Source: Arenicellales bacterium
GTDB lineage: Bacteria; Pseudomonadota; Gammaproteobacteria; Arenicellales; JAJDZL01
Direction of reading: 5' to 3'
Assembly (NCBI GenBank): GCA_965116205.1
Contig: OZ220493.1
Span: 38,276-102,275 of the forward strand
DNA length: 64,000 nt
This document shows, one piece after another, positions 1 through 9,073 of this stretch (the stretch's first letter is position 1; each line of letters starts with the position of its first letter). The position numbers and the translations under genes are program-made. The notes beneath the pieces are model-generated. The model ran no database searches. It was not told the DNA's origin and worked only from the letters and a program-made list of their open reading frames with translations.

Positions 1-2
1 TC

Positions 3-227
3 GCCCAGCTCATTGGACCGGATGGCTGCAAGAGAGGTGAAGTTCTGAACCTACTCGACAACCATAGATGGGTGAAAGGCCAATACCTGACCACCATGCC
101 AGAAGGCATGAAGCCCTTGGAATTCATTGAAGCAATGATTGTCGCTGGTATGGTGCACCGGGTTGATACTACTGTGACCATTCCAATACCGTCTTTTCGA
201 CAGTACCTGATCGACCGGAGCAAATGA
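3..227 (+). CDS. C-terminal fragment (5'-truncated by the window edge) of a P-loop ATPase paralogous to 468..1763
   Basis: Not in the ORF track. Manual translation gives AQLIGPDGCKRGEVLNLLDNHRWVKGQYLTTMPEGMKPLEFIEAMIVAGMVHRVDTTVTIPIPSFRQYLIDRSK*, which aligns with the C-terminus of 468..1763 (MPKNMEPTEFIEAMVVAGMLHRVDTNVTIPIPSFRQYLMDRNK*). Confidence 0.9.
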   Translation, partial: AQLIGPDGCKRGEVLNLLDNHRWVKGQYLTTMPEGMKPLEFIEAMIVAGMVHRVDTTVTIPIPSFRQYLIDRSK

Positions 228-322
228 TCTCCCTGTTTTGGTGAAACTAGTTTTACCAAATGGTGTGTCAGTGGTCTTGTGCAACAGTTTGTGGACGCTC
301 CGCTAGGTTTCAGATTTACCAT
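228..322 (+). repeat. Non-coding 3' segment duplicated with the ATPase gene (copy 1; copy 2 at about 1764..1858)
   Basis: tctccctgttttggtgaaactagttttaccaaatggtgtgtcagtggtcttgtgcaacagttt versus tctcacctactttggagatattcattttaccaaactgtgtgtcaatgctcttgcgaaacggctt, each directly after the stop codon. Confidence 0.8.
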
Positions 323-467
323 GCCTGCGCTACCGGCTGAACAGACGTTCCCAGCGAAGATAACCGCTGTGGATAATGTAGTAGGTGAGTGACACCGATG
401 ATCTTTGAGGCGAGAACACCCGAATCAATGAAGAAAACATAGAATGCTGAGAACTAAGACTCCATAA

Positions 468-1763
468 ATGTACGAAAATCCACCAATCACCATCGATGAA
501 CTTGCTGCCGGAGATGACAAGGACAAAGCAGCGTTCTTTGTAGGACGCAAAGCACTCATCGCTAACATTGAGTCTACAGTTGCCGGCATTGAAAGCAAAA
601 TCAAAACAGACAATCCAAAGATCGGGTTACAACCTGGGATGGCGATTGCAAACCAGAAGACGTGGCTGATTCAGGGGGCACCCGGCGCCGGTAAGTCAGC
701 CTTGCTGACTCATTTGCAGAGCAGATGGATAGTAAGAAAAAATGCCCCTGTCGTAGTGGAAATCGATCCGAACAACCTGAGAAACGAGAGTCTGGTCACA
801 CGCCAAATTGCCAATGCGATCATTCCGCAACACGGTGCAAAAATACTAAACACCGTGCGCACCATTGAAGCTGGCTTTGGGATAAATTTGGCCATCAAAG
901 CCGAAGGCAGAGTTACTGACAGCGAACAGACATTGAATTTGGTGCTGGAAGATCTGGCACAACTTTACGATGAAAATGTCGTTACCGTAGCCAAGCAGCT
1001 GTTGAAAGGCTGTTCACCCAAATGTCCCCAGCTGCGACCCATAGTAGTGATGATTGATGAGGTGCAAACGTTTGAGCCGGAGGACATCGCGCTGTTGCGC
1101 AAGTTACACAATGGCCGACATGGTTTGCCGATTTTAGCAGTGCTGTATGGCTTGGCCTATTCCAAAGCAAAGCTGGCCGCGGAGAGAATCTCACGCTTTG
1201 CCACGAGCAATGGGCAGAGTCACGTCCAGACGTTGGGTACACTCAACACCGGCGAGGCGGCAGAGTCGGTACGTGCCATGCTGGACAGTTACCGCATCAA
1301 AGACCGAGACCACACCGACCTGCCTGACAAGATCGGTGAATGGTGCAATGACTGGCCGCAACATCTGTTTCACTACATGGCTGGGCTGGCCAATCAGCTG
1401 AAGGTTAACAACCGTGAGCTGGCTCGAGTGGATGTAGCTGCCGTGCGTTCGTTTGGCGATCAGTGTCGGGTGCAATATTACCAAGATAGACTAGATGTCT
1501 CACCCATCACTCAATGCACGGTGTTACTTGCCGAAGTCGCCCGAACCATCGGCGCAACGGGTTGCCATTTGGCCGACTTGGAGGAGATGTTGGAGAATCG
1601 AATTTGGAAGAAAAACAACGTTCGTTCTACCATGCCGAAAAACATGGAACCCACGGAGTTCATTGAGGCGATGGTGGTTGCGGGCATGTTGCACCGGGTC
1701 GATACGAACGTAACCATTCCGATACCGTCTTTTCGACAGTACCTGATGGATCGGAACAAATGA
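468..1763 (+). CDS. AAA+/STAND-like P-loop ATPase (AAA_16-like) with no recognisable effector domain
   Basis: N-terminal FFVGR motif, Walker A GAPGAGKS, Walker B VVMIDEVQ, helical C-terminus ending IPIPSF. Confidence 0.85.
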   Translation: MYENPPITIDELAAGDDKDKAAFFVGRKALIANIESTVAGIESKIKTDNPKIGLQPGMAIANQKTWLIQGAPGAGKSALLTHLQSRWIVRKNAPVVVEIDPNNLRNESLVTRQIANAIIPQHGAKILNTVRTIEAGFGINLAIKAEGRVTDSEQTLNLVLEDLAQLYDENVVTVAKQLLKGCSPKCPQLRPIVVMIDEVQTFEPEDIALLRKLHNGRHGLPILAVLYGLAYSKAKLAAERISRFATSNGQSHVQTLGTLNTGEAAESVRAMLDSYRIKDRDHTDLPDKIGEWCNDWPQHLFHYMAGLANQLKVNNRELARVDVAAVRSFGDQCRVQYYQDRLDVSPITQCTVLLAEVARTIGATGCHLADLEEMLENRIWKKNNVRSTMPKNMEPTEFIEAMVVAGMLHRVDTNVTIPIPSFRQYLMDRNK

Positions 1764-1858
1764 TCTCACCTACTTTGGAGATATTCATTTTACCAAACTG
1801 TGTGTCAATGCTCTTGCGAAACGGCTTGAGGCCGTTCACCAGCTGATTGATTCGCCAT
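1764..1858 (+). repeat. Non-coding 3' segment duplicated with the ATPase gene (copy 2)
   Basis: Aligns with 228..322; similarity fades after about 95 nt. Confidence 0.75.
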
Positions 1859-1945
1859 CTCATACAACCCCTCTAGTTCCTCAGCCACTATCGCATAGCA
1901 ACAATATCACCAGCTGGGTTCGACAGCATGAAAAGTTAAAATCAC

Positions 1946-1972
1946 CCTGCCGGCACATCACTGCACCGGCGG
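1946..1972 (-). terminator. Possible intrinsic terminator hairpin on the minus strand
   Basis: Minus strand GCCGG-TGCA-GTGA-TGTG-CCGGC (GNRA loop, G-U pairs valid only on this strand), followed after a short gap by ATTTTAACTTTT. Confidence 0.35.
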
Positions 1973-1979
1973 TTCATGC

Positions 1980-2550
1980 GGAAAGTTCGGACGCGCAGTG
2001 CCTTCCTCTGGCAATCTCTAGATTATCAAGGGGAGGGCGCCCTACCATTTTACAAGTCCTTTTTGCGAGCCGGTAAACTCGCCTTTGAACACCGAAACGT
2101 TCATCCGGTAAGTGCATTGGATGCCACCGGCGAGGAAAAGGTTTCCTAGTTCTTGAGCATGGCACAAAGCACCTTGCAGAGGCGGTGTATCACACCACTT
2201 CGGGCAGTGGCAACAGCACGCTCAGCGGCGGCACCACCGTGTTCGTCAGATTCTAGTCGGCAACGATAGTCTGAATGGTAGACCTGTCCTCAGTCAGCGT
2301 AGTTATTACCGGCCGAAACAGGTTTGCCGATTCGATGTCAACTCTATCTGGGAAGCCTTTTCTCCGCTGGGGAAGGATGACTTGAGTCTGAAGACAAACC
2401 GATATTTTGTAGGCAATGTCTTTGCAGTTGAAAATGAAATTTGGCAACTCACAAGTTGTTTCAAATCAACATATAAGAATGACGCAAGCCATTTTACAAA
2501 ATCATAGTGAAGTCATTTATCCGGGCCAGATAGACGGACTCCGAACCATG
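1980..2550 (+). ncRNA. Candidate large structured RNA of unknown family
   Basis: No credible ORF. Many nested stems, G-U pairs and a GCAA tetraloop that work on the + strand, and long-range pairings 2042-2049/2274-2281 and 1985-1991/2540-2546. Confidence 0.45.
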
Positions 2551-2767
2551 TAAAAGGCTATAGGGACTACTGATTGACATTTCAGTACCATGTTGATGAA
2601 AGCATTGAACCGAGATTGAAGGAATGCCTGTAACGAAGCGTCGTGTACCACCGGTTTCCCATTGACCATTCTTCTTGCTTGATGCACAAGGCAAAAATGT
2701 CGTTAGTCCTAACTGTTCGATACCGTCTGTTTGTCCGAAACAGAGTAACGAGTGCTCAACGATAATA

Positions 2768-3631
2768 TTAACCGCCCATGTTCGGCAGTACGAGTGCTTT
2801 GAGCCAATTTCTAACCTCCAGTTGGCGAATGTTCTGATCAAGGATGTCCGTATCAATTCCCAACTCCCATGCCACATCTTTTCTTTCAGGATCATCTCGA
2901 AGTCTGTCAAGTTTTCTTGTGAAGTTGAGTAAACTCTCCTTATCACAGAAAAATCCCATCCGAATCAGACGATCTTTACGACAACGGATTAGAGAAGCCA
3001 GTTCTCCGGTGTCATATTCGGGATGGTATTGCAGTGCCCACATGCTGCCTTTTCCTTTGGTGATCTCTAATGCCTGTACGCTCGAAACGTGGTTGCCGGA
3101 CAAAATACGCGCATTGGAGGGAACAGTGATAACTTCATCTTCGTGACTCGCGAAACTGTCAAACACCGGTGGTTTGTCTTCGTACAGTGGATGATTCAAT
3201 CCATGTTCAGTCAGCCGAATTTTTCGTGCAAATCCCATCTCCCGACCCTTCGGATTGACTCGCACTGCGCCACCCGCTGCTACAGTGCCAACCTGCAAAG
3301 CCCAACAACTGCCAAAGCTAGGAACACCTTGTTTGAATACTTCTTTTTGAAATTCAATCTGTCTGCGAACTGATGGATTATCTACATCCAGCACCGATAG
3401 ATTGGAGCCGGTCATCGCAACTCCATCATAAGACTTAAGTTCAACGCCAAGCGGTAAAGATGTATCGACATCGGCTGGCGTCGCGACATCCACAGTAGCA
3501 TTGGGCGCGATTGACTGCAACATGGAACGGTAAAGATCGCTGGCTAAAGCCATACCACTTTCCGTCAGTGTAAACCTTGACTCGCGCGCATAACCTTCAA
3601 CGACGAGCAATTTGACGGGATGATTGATCAT
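2768..3631 (-). CDS. Type 1 glutamine amidotransferase domain protein
   Basis: Nucleophile elbow GSCWALQ, SHEDEV, and catalytic His-Glu in QYHPE. Confidence 0.88.
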   Translation of the reverse strand: MINHPVKLLVVEGYARESRFTLTESGMALASDLYRSMLQSIAPNATVDVATPADVDTSLPLGVELKSYDGVAMTGSNLSVLDVDNPSVRRQIEFQKEVFKQGVPSFGSCWALQVGTVAAGGAVRVNPKGREMGFARKIRLTEHGLNHPLYEDKPPVFDSFASHEDEVITVPSNARILSGNHVSSVQALEITKGKGSMWALQYHPEYDTGELASLIRCRKDRLIRMGFFCDKESLLNFTRKLDRLRDDPERKDVAWELGIDTDILDQNIRQLEVRNWLKALVLPNMGG

Positions 3632-3682
3632 AACAGCTTACAAACTTGTGTGATGAATACTCGGCGACGTTAGTGAACCTGT

Positions 3683-4468
3683 CTAGCCGTTCAAACGATT
3701 TAGTATGGCCGGCAGTTCATGGTAACCGCGACAGATGGCATCGGCAGTCGTATTCGCCATATCCGCATCACGAGTTGCGGTAAAAAGAATCGCTCGCATG
3801 CCCAGCGCGCGTGCTCCTTTGATGTCATTGTGTTCACGATCGCCAATGTGAACGGCATCCTTGAAATCGACATCTAGATCACTCAGCGCACTAGCAAAAA
3901 TATCACGATGCGGTTTCGAACGCCCAACTTCATCAGAAAAGGCAAAAAATTGAAAATGATCAATGAGATCATGCATCTCAAGCCACAACCTGAGACCCTT
4001 ACCTGGTGTATTGATGGTGTCCGACACCACGGCAAGTGGAAATTGCTGGGAAATCTCAGTCAAAGCCTCTAGCGCTCCATCAATTGGTCGAGGTGGAACA
4101 TTCAGTTCTAATGATTCCAGTGCCTTGACCGTTCCTTGGAATCGCCTTGCGGGTAAATTCACATTCAATTGCTTCAACACCCGTCTCAGTCGCTCCGTTA
4201 CTGTCCAAGTTACGTATTCCTCACGCCAGACCCGGTTGAATTCACAATTAACTACATTAGTAGCCTGTTTAACAGTATCCATGGACAAAGAAGTAACCGT
4301 GTTTACCGACTGCCAGATGAGGAAGTTGCGTTCGTCAACCTTGGTTCGTAAACCTTTCTGTTGTCTGACTTCTTCATCAGAATCATCATGAATGACGGTG
4401 TCCCATAAATCAAAGGTAACCGCTTTAATTGATTTTGAAAGACGCATATTCATCGATCGCATGAGCAA
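3683..4468 (-). CDS. HAD-superfamily hydrolase (start may be slightly downstream)
   Basis: Motif I FDLWDT, KP motif (SKPH), motif IV HIGDREHNDIKGA. Confidence 0.88.
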   Translation of the reverse strand: MLMRSMNMRLSKSIKAVTFDLWDTVIHDDSDEEVRQQKGLRTKVDERNFLIWQSVNTVTSLSMDTVKQATNVVNCEFNRVWREEYVTWTVTERLRRVLKQLNVNLPARRFQGTVKALESLELNVPPRPIDGALEALTEISQQFPLAVVSDTINTPGKGLRLWLEMHDLIDHFQFFAFSDEVGRSKPHRDIFASALSDLDVDFKDAVHIGDREHNDIKGARALGMRAILFTATRDADMANTTADAICRGYHELPAILNRLNG

Positions 4469-4669
4469 CAGTAGCTGGAATTCAGATCATGGTTATCGGT
4501 TATGTTGACCCGCTCAAAAGGATCTTTCACAGATTAAAACCGCAATTTAGAAATTTTTCATTGAACATCTTATGATTTGATATATTTTATTATCTGTTAC
4601 GCATCATACTCATCCCGATTAACTATTTGGACGTTACAGATTTACCCGGTCGTCAACCGATTCAAAGAT

Positions 4670-5539
4670 ATGGATGCATCAAAACCCAGTAAAACGGCAG
4701 ATCTCGTTGCCGCCGCTCGTGCCATACACATGATTCGCTACAAGCCGCGAGTTTTTGAAGACCCATTTGCCAACCAACTCTGTGGTGATCAATGGCGCCG
4801 AATTATTCGGTCAAAATTTCGTACGTGGTTAGTCCTAGACGTCATACTCAGAGACATTGCACCATTGGCACCATTGATTCCAGCACGAGCTCGTTTTGGT
4901 GAGGATATTATCAATGAGCTGGTGGCCGATGGTGTCGATCAATATGTCATCATTGGTGCCGGCCACGATTCATTTGCGATGCGCCGATTGGACTTACGCG
5001 ACCGACTGAAGGTCTTCGAGTTAGACCAGCCGGGAACGCAACGGGAAAAACTCCGAAGGATGGCAGAATTCAATATTCCGCAGCCCGATAATGTTCGATA
5101 CATTGATAACGATCTAAATGAAGTCGGACTGTTCTCGGCGCTGGAAAATCATGGCTTTGACAGTACTCGACGGACTGCATTTTCGTGGTGGGGTGTGACC
5201 TATTTTTTGCCATTCGACACTATTCGATCCACATTGCAGAGCATCGCTGAAAACGCATCGCTCGGATCAGAATTATTCTTTGACTTTCGGCTGCCATTGA
5301 CGGAAGTTCCACACGAGTGGCAGAGGACACATCGAAAAATTTCCACTTATGTGGCAAAACGAGGTGAACCTTATCTCTCCGAACTGACCGCGGAAAAAGT
5401 TTCTCAGCTGGTACTCGACTGTGGCTTTTCCGAAGTGACCATCCCCGATACCGAAGAAATATATCAACGGTATTTCACACAACTCCCTCGTAAAGCGATG
5501 CTCACACCCACTTTTCGACTCTGTCAGGCACGTTGCTGA
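4670..5539 (+). CDS. SAM-dependent methyltransferase, LCM/YktD-like family
   Basis: TADLVAAARA, FEDPFA, QYVIIGAGHDS, VFELDQP, GVTYFL. Start moved to the ATG at 4670 (MDASKP). Confidence 0.82.
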   Translation: MDASKPSKTADLVAAARAIHMIRYKPRVFEDPFANQLCGDQWRRIIRSKFRTWLVLDVILRDIAPLAPLIPARARFGEDIINELVADGVDQYVIIGAGHDSFAMRRLDLRDRLKVFELDQPGTQREKLRRMAEFNIPQPDNVRYIDNDLNEVGLFSALENHGFDSTRRTAFSWWGVTYFLPFDTIRSTLQSIAENASLGSELFFDFRLPLTEVPHEWQRTHRKISTYVAKRGEPYLSELTAEKVSQLVLDCGFSEVTIPDTEEIYQRYFTQLPRKAMLTPTFRLCQARC

Positions 5540-5571
5540 GTACCTTCTTGGGCTGAATAAAGCAGCAGGTG

Positions 5572-6093
5572 TCAAATGTTGAACTCCATTGCATTGTGCC
5601 GGCACCACTCCCAGAAATCAGTACCAAAACTCTGCAGGACGTACAATACGAAATCATCATTGCGACAGTGGATGGTCACTCCCAAGTGACTGATGATGGT
5701 AGATACTACATCACCGGTACGAAGTGAGTCAATGTCAATCGGACAGCCCTTTTTTAGAAATTCTCGACTGGCGGCACCAGACACCTGTACAATCTGCCGC
5801 GCCGAAGATAAATCGGTAACCGTTGCACTAGTCTCCGCCAAAACTTCCCGTAAGCGGATTAGCGTCGTTTCAACTTCCCTTGTCTGCGACTGTGCCAACC
5901 ACATTCCAGGTCCATTGCTCAGCAACTCAAAATTATCACCGGCCCTGGACTTTCCATAATCAGGCAACAGTTGGATACCAAACTCTTGCAATCGTTCACC
6001 ACCAGCGTTTTCAGTAAGTCCATGGACCTGAAACAGCAGACTGACTTCAATCTCACTGACCAGTAACCTCGGAATTGATTTGCGTTTAGGCAC
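5572..6093 (-). CDS. soxG: Heterotetrameric sarcosine oxidase family, gamma subunit
   Basis: GPGMWL, TDLSSAR, KGCPID, QSFGTDFWEW; follows the alpha subunit; GTG start overlapping the soxA stop inferred. Confidence 0.85.
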   Translation of the reverse strand: MPKRKSIPRLLVSEIEVSLLFQVHGLTENAGGERLQEFGIQLLPDYGKSRAGDNFELLSNGPGMWLAQSQTREVETTLIRLREVLAETSATVTDLSSARQIVQVSGAASREFLKKGCPIDIDSLRTGDVVSTIISHLGVTIHCRNDDFVLYVLQSFGTDFWEWCRHNAMEFNI

Positions 6094-9073
6094 GCACACG
6101 CTCTCCCTGCGGGTCAACGAAGACATGATGGACCACTTCAACTGGAACTTCGCGTCCGGTTAACGGTGAACTGGCATACATGGTCTTGCCGTAGAGTTGC
6201 CGCCCATCGGCAATCAGCGCCAGTCCAATTTCCTGACTTACATGTGGACTGTAACAAGCGGAAGTGATATGCCCACGGGTTGTTATCGGATTTCCAGCAC
6301 TCCGCTCTGCAATGATCTGGGCGCCGCGCGGTAGTGGACTGCCATCCACTGATCTGACACCAACCAGTTGCTTGCGACCATGACCAGTGAGCGCACTGCG
6401 TTCAGCCAGCTTTCGTCCCACATAGTCACCCTCAGTCTTCATCATTCGCTCAAATCCTAAATCAGTAGCTGTCGTACGTCCATCCAGTTCGGCGGCCACA
6501 ACGTGACCTTTTTCAATGCGCAACACGGTCATCGCTTCCAGTCCGTACGGAGCAATGGCCCACGGCTGCCCCGCCTCCAGTACCGTCTCCCAGACTAAAA
6601 TAGCCTGTTTTGCTGGCATATGAATTTCATAACCGAGCTCACCGGAAAAACTGACACGAAACACCAGCACCTGTACATCGGCAATGCGCGCATGGATGAA
6701 TCCCATGTATGGTAGATTTTCATTGCGCGCGGCTTCTTCACCGATAAGGACACTCAGCACATCACGACTGTGGGGACCAGCCAGCGCCATTCCCGCCCAC
6801 TGATCAGAAATGGAAGTCAGATGAACATGCAATTCTGGCCACACAGTCTGGGCGTAGATCTCCATGTGTTCCAATACCGGCCCGGCATTGGCAGTGGTCG
6901 TCGTCATATAGAATTCATGCTCCGAAAGCCGCGTCGAAGTGCCATCGTCAAAGATGAAACCATCTTCTCTAAGCATCACGCCATAACGACAACGACCGAT
7001 GGGCAGTGATTTCCATCGGTTAATGTAAATTCGTTCTAGAAATTCCGCCGCGTCACGACCCTGCACATCAATTTTTCCAAGTGAAGAAACATCAGTTACG
7101 CCAACTTTCTCTCGCACCTGCCGAGCCTCCCTCAGAATGGCGTCTTGGACACTTTCACCAGCGCGGGGATAATAGGCGGGACGTTTCCATACTCCGGAGT
7201 TCTGCATGTGCGCTAGGTTGCGCTCATGCCATTCGTGTAACGGTGTACGGCGCGTTGGGCTTAGCTGCGAACCATACTCCCGACCAGCCAGTACGCCCAG
7301 TGAAACGGCAGTATATGGTGGACGAAAGGTGGTGTGTCCGACTACCGATATTGCTGATTCGCGTAATCGCGCAAGATTGGCCAATCCATTGATGTTGCTG
7401 GTACGCCCCTGGTCGGTGCCCATGCCGAGCGTGGTATAGCGCTTGAGATGTTCTATCGAAACAAATCCTTCTGCATGCGCCAGCTCAATGTCATTGACGG
7501 TTACGTCATTTTGTAGGTCCACGAATCGTTTGGCTTTACGACTTGATTCGGGCACACTCCATAGCAGTTCCATGCAACCGGTGAGCAGTTCCGGCGTACT
7601 CGTCAGCGCGACCTCTGATGTAGACTCAAAACCTACCTGTTTTGCACTGTCAATGCCCGCAGTTCGTCCTTGCCTGAAACAACCGGCCAACGAAAATTCT
7701 CCGGTCACACTGCCGGCGGTCAATACAGTCGGCAATAGTTCTCCCGGAACATAAGCACCAATCGATTCATCAAACGTCAATCGACCTTTTGCGTGCGAAT
7801 AAAGATGAACGGTTGGTGTCCAGCCTCCTGAAACGCAAAGCAGATCACAACTCATGGTTTGTGTCTTATTGAACTCAATGCCATCAACTTTGCGGCGACC
7901 GATTTCTACGGCTCGAATCTGGCGTAATCCTTTTGCACGAGTAACTACGGAACCTTGAATCAGTGGTGTGTTGCCGAGTTCCTCAAGAGCACGCCGGCCC
8001 GGCGACTGTAAGCGACAGTCGACCACCGCCATCACCTCCGCCCCCACTTCACGCAATGCTGCAACAGTAGCATAAGCGCTATCGTTGTTCGTAAATACGA
8101 TGGCCTTTCGTCCACACGCGACCGAGAATTTTTGCGCATAGCCGCGCACGGCGGATGCCAACATGACGCCCGGCTTATCATTATTACCGAATGGTATTGT
8201 CCTTTCAATCGCTCCCGTTGCCAGTACCACCTGCTTCGCTCGAATCAGAAGTAGTCGTTGACGGATCTTTCCCGGCTGAGGTTCAGATATATGGTCAGAA
8301 ACTCGTTCAACGGCAGCCACCATATTCTGATCATAATATCCAAATGCCGTTGTTCGACAGCGAACATCAACGTTCGACATCTGCAACAGCTGACGCAGTG
8401 TTTCATGCAACCAACGGTTGACCGGCTCGTCATTGACCACTTCCTGATCGTATCGCAGGCGGCCGCCGGCTTCGGGTGACTCATCAACCAAAATGACTTT
8501 TGCGCCGGCGATTGCCGCACTCAGCGCGGCCGTCAATCCAGCCGGGCCGGCGCCAACGATCAAGACGTCGCAGAACTCGAATGATTTGGAATAGATGTCG
8601 GGGTCAACATCTGTCGCCGACTTTCCCAATCCAGCTGCTTTCCGAATGAAACGTTCATAAAACATCCATTTGGAAGCCGGCCACATAAAAGTCTTATAGT
8701 AAAAACCTGCGGGCAACAGCGGTGAAAGAAAATTGGCCAGAATACCTAGATCAACATTAACTGACGGCCAGCAATGTTGAGAGAAGGCTTCCAGACCATC
8801 ATAGAGTTCAATTTCGGTGGCACGGACATTCGGTTCAGCGCGGGCATCAGTTCGCAATCGTACCATCGCACTCGGTTCTTCCACTCCCAAGCCGACCACC
8901 CCTCGCGGTCGGTGGTACTTGAAACTGCGCGCTACTACTGTGACATTATTAGCCAGCAGTGCGGACGCCAGCGTGTCACCTCGAAAACCAAAATACTGCC
9001 GGCCATCAAACTTAAACTGAACGGGATGACTTCGATCCAGCGCACCGCCACTTGAGTGTCGAAACGCACTCAT
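6086..9073 (-). CDS. soxA: Heterotetrameric sarcosine oxidase family, alpha subunit
   Basis: GDTLASALLAN, RSFKYHRPRG, GAGPAG, KRYTTLGMGTDQG, GcvT-like C-terminal half; TGATG coupling to soxD. Confidence 0.95.
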   Translation of the reverse strand: MSAFRHSSGGALDRSHPVQFKFDGRQYFGFRGDTLASALLANNVTVVARSFKYHRPRGVVGLGVEEPSAMVRLRTDARAEPNVRATEIELYDGLEAFSQHCWPSVNVDLGILANFLSPLLPAGFYYKTFMWPASKWMFYERFIRKAAGLGKSATDVDPDIYSKSFEFCDVLIVGAGPAGLTAALSAAIAGAKVILVDESPEAGGRLRYDQEVVNDEPVNRWLHETLRQLLQMSNVDVRCRTTAFGYYDQNMVAAVERVSDHISEPQPGKIRQRLLLIRAKQVVLATGAIERTIPFGNNDKPGVMLASAVRGYAQKFSVACGRKAIVFTNNDSAYATVAALREVGAEVMAVVDCRLQSPGRRALEELGNTPLIQGSVVTRAKGLRQIRAVEIGRRKVDGIEFNKTQTMSCDLLCVSGGWTPTVHLYSHAKGRLTFDESIGAYVPGELLPTVLTAGSVTGEFSLAGCFRQGRTAGIDSAKQVGFESTSEVALTSTPELLTGCMELLWSVPESSRKAKRFVDLQNDVTVNDIELAHAEGFVSIEHLKRYTTLGMGTDQGRTSNINGLANLARLRESAISVVGHTTFRPPYTAVSLGVLAGREYGSQLSPTRRTPLHEWHERNLAHMQNSGVWKRPAYYPRAGESVQDAILREARQVREKVGVTDVSSLGKIDVQGRDAAEFLERIYINRWKSLPIGRCRYGVMLREDGFIFDDGTSTRLSEHEFYMTTTTANAGPVLEHMEIYAQTVWPELHVHLTSISDQWAGMALAGPHSRDVLSVLIGEEAARNENLPYMGFIHARIADVQVLVFRVSFSGELGYEIHMPAKQAILVWETVLEAGQPWAIAPYGLEAMTVLRIEKGHVVAAELDGRTTATDLGFERMMKTEGDYVGRKLAERSALTGHGRKQLVGVRSVDGSPLPRGAQIIAERSAGNPITTRGHITSACYSPHVSQEIGLALIADGRQLYGKTMYASSPLTGREVPVEVVHHVFVDPQGERVRA

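Noticed and set aside
1-1860. Diversity-generating retroelement template/variable repeat pair
   Set aside because: Differences between copies are not adenine-specific, both copies are coding, and no RT is present.
1941-1978. Group II intron domain V on the minus strand (GAACCGCCGG...)
   Set aside because: No 2-nt catalytic bulge, no domain VI or AY end, and no reverse transcriptase nearby.
2290-2330. tmRNA tag-like AATAACTACGCT on the minus strand
   Set aside because: No ALAA-stop ending and no tRNA-like termini.
1978-2550. RNase P RNA, suggested by GGAAAGTTCGGAC, CGGTAAACTC, AGTGGCAACAG and AGATAGA words
   Set aside because: The words occur in the wrong order, the GAGGAAAGUCC core is imperfect, there is no ACAGAA.CCGGCUUA 3' motif, and the span is too long.
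2560-2712. Group I intron P7 (GACTA/TAGTC)
   Set aside because: Lacks the bulged A/C and J8/7 consensus, and there is no host exon.
1974-2946. Short ORFs in the 1-kb gap (1974..2165, 2253..2447, 2494..2946, 2675..2932)
   Set aside because: No RBS or recognisable motifs; two overlap the amidotransferase gene.
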